From the IMG/VR virus record IMGVR_UViG_3300012952_000026, positions 1 to 55,764 of that record: 55,764 bases of DNA. The stretch is one strand, 5' to 3'. The stretch is from a virus. Its lineage: Duplodnaviria; Caudoviricetes. This document shows, one piece after another, positions 55,152 through 55,764 of this stretch. The position numbers were made by a program, and so were the translations under genes. Below the pieces are notes generated by a model. It worked only from the letters and a program-made list of their open reading frames with translations. It had not been told where the DNA came from and ran no database searches. Positions within the stretch are counted from its first letter, which is position 1; every line of letters starts with the position of its first letter.

Positions 55152-55195
55152 AAGACTTTGCCTGCACAAATATAAATATGTATGAATATAGAAAA

Positions 55196-55565
55196 TGGTG
55201 GACCCGGCGGGAGTCGAACCCGCGTCCGCAACAGCTTTAAAGTCAAATCATTCACAGGTTTGTCTAATTTACTATCACAAATTAGAAAAGATAGCTGATT
55301 ATCCCTGCGCTTTATCAACCTATTGCGCCCCACCTGTTTCCAGGGAACCATTATGATTTTTTATTTTTGCAGGATCTCTACCTGTTATCTTAAGTTGGGT
55401 AATAAGGTCTTAAGAAACCCCATGAATTAGGCCGCTAAGCGGGCTGCTTCGAAGTGATAATTGTTATTTGCAATTAAAGTTTTGAAACCGCGTTTTAGGT
55501 CTGCTATTTCGTGAGACCACCTGCACTATCGTTCTCTGCTACTCCGTCGAAGCCGTTTCGGGCCC
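55196..55565 (-). ncRNA. ssrA: tmRNA (transfer-messenger RNA), 370 nt
   Basis: 5' GGGCCCGAAACGGCTTCGAC and 3' GCGGGTTCGACTCCCGCCGGGTCCACCA form an acceptor stem with the G3-U alanine determinant, a T-arm and an encoded CCA; an internal tag ORF is present. Confidence 0.95.
55427..55471 (-). other. tmRNA proteolysis tag reading frame, ANNNYHFEAARLAA-stop
   Basis: Resume codon GCA after TTAATT; C-terminal LAA typical of ssrA tags. Confidence 0.88.
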
Positions 55566-55570
55566 GTATA

Positions 55571-55759
55571 TTATCTAGCCTTATCTGTCTCAAGCGATAC
55601 CTTAACAAGAGCTGCAGCATTGTTCTTTAAAAGACGTAATCCTTTACGAACACGAGTTCCTGCAGATTTATTGCCATTAGCATTTTTGAGAAGATCAACT
55701 TCAATTGTTTCAAGAAGAACCTTTAGTTCTTCAAATCCTGCTGTTAGATTATTGTTCAT
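55571..55759 (-). CDS. Hc1-like (histone H1-like) nucleoid protein, N-terminal helical domain only
   Basis: LLETIEVDLLKNANGNKSAGTRVRKGL matches the Hc1 GNK(A/S)A..RVR signature. Confidence 0.78.
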   Translation of the reverse strand: MNNNLTAGFEELKVLLETIEVDLLKNANGNKSAGTRVRKGLRLLKNNAAALVKVSLETDKAR

Positions 55760-55764
55760 AACAC

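Noticed and set aside
55148-55351. 67-aa minus-strand ORF, and a tRNA call for the GGTTCGACTCC...CCA segment
   Set aside because: Both lie within the tmRNA. There is no anticodon arm, and the matching acceptor strand is about 360 nt away.

Overview
An AT-rich (roughly 32% GC by eye), gene-dense segment of a large tailed dsDNA phage, distantly T4-like and probably a jumbo myovirus. It uses the standard genetic code and is almost entirely on the minus strand. From left to right it holds: (i) a head-packaging module (prohead protease, portal, large terminase); (ii) one plus-strand Asp-box beta-propeller cassette; (iii) a replication/recombination operon (primase, a degenerate ATP-dependent ligase-fold protein, a single-chain Mre11-Rad50 fusion) next to a RuvC-like resolvase; (iv) a ~30 kb tail/baseplate block (LamG, FN3-like, collagen/S74, gp7/gpI-like, gp6-like, gp25-like and gp5-like proteins); (v) a gp55-like sigma factor, two GT4 glycosyltransferases, a PD-(D/E)XK nuclease and a long fibre; (vi) an accessory tail with PIN-PhoH, a stand-alone sigma region-4 protein, IscA, a 38-aa lipoprotein missed by the ORF track, an HExxH protein, a complete tmRNA and an Hc1-like protein. 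The most notable observations are the apparently catalytically dead ligase coupled to Mre11-Rad50, a late-promoter-like motif that is the reverse complement of the T4 TATAAATA box, a possible split sigma factor, and [S/T]-G-S enrichment in virion proteins beside two glycosyltransferases. All functional calls come from motif recognition by eye; no database searches were run.
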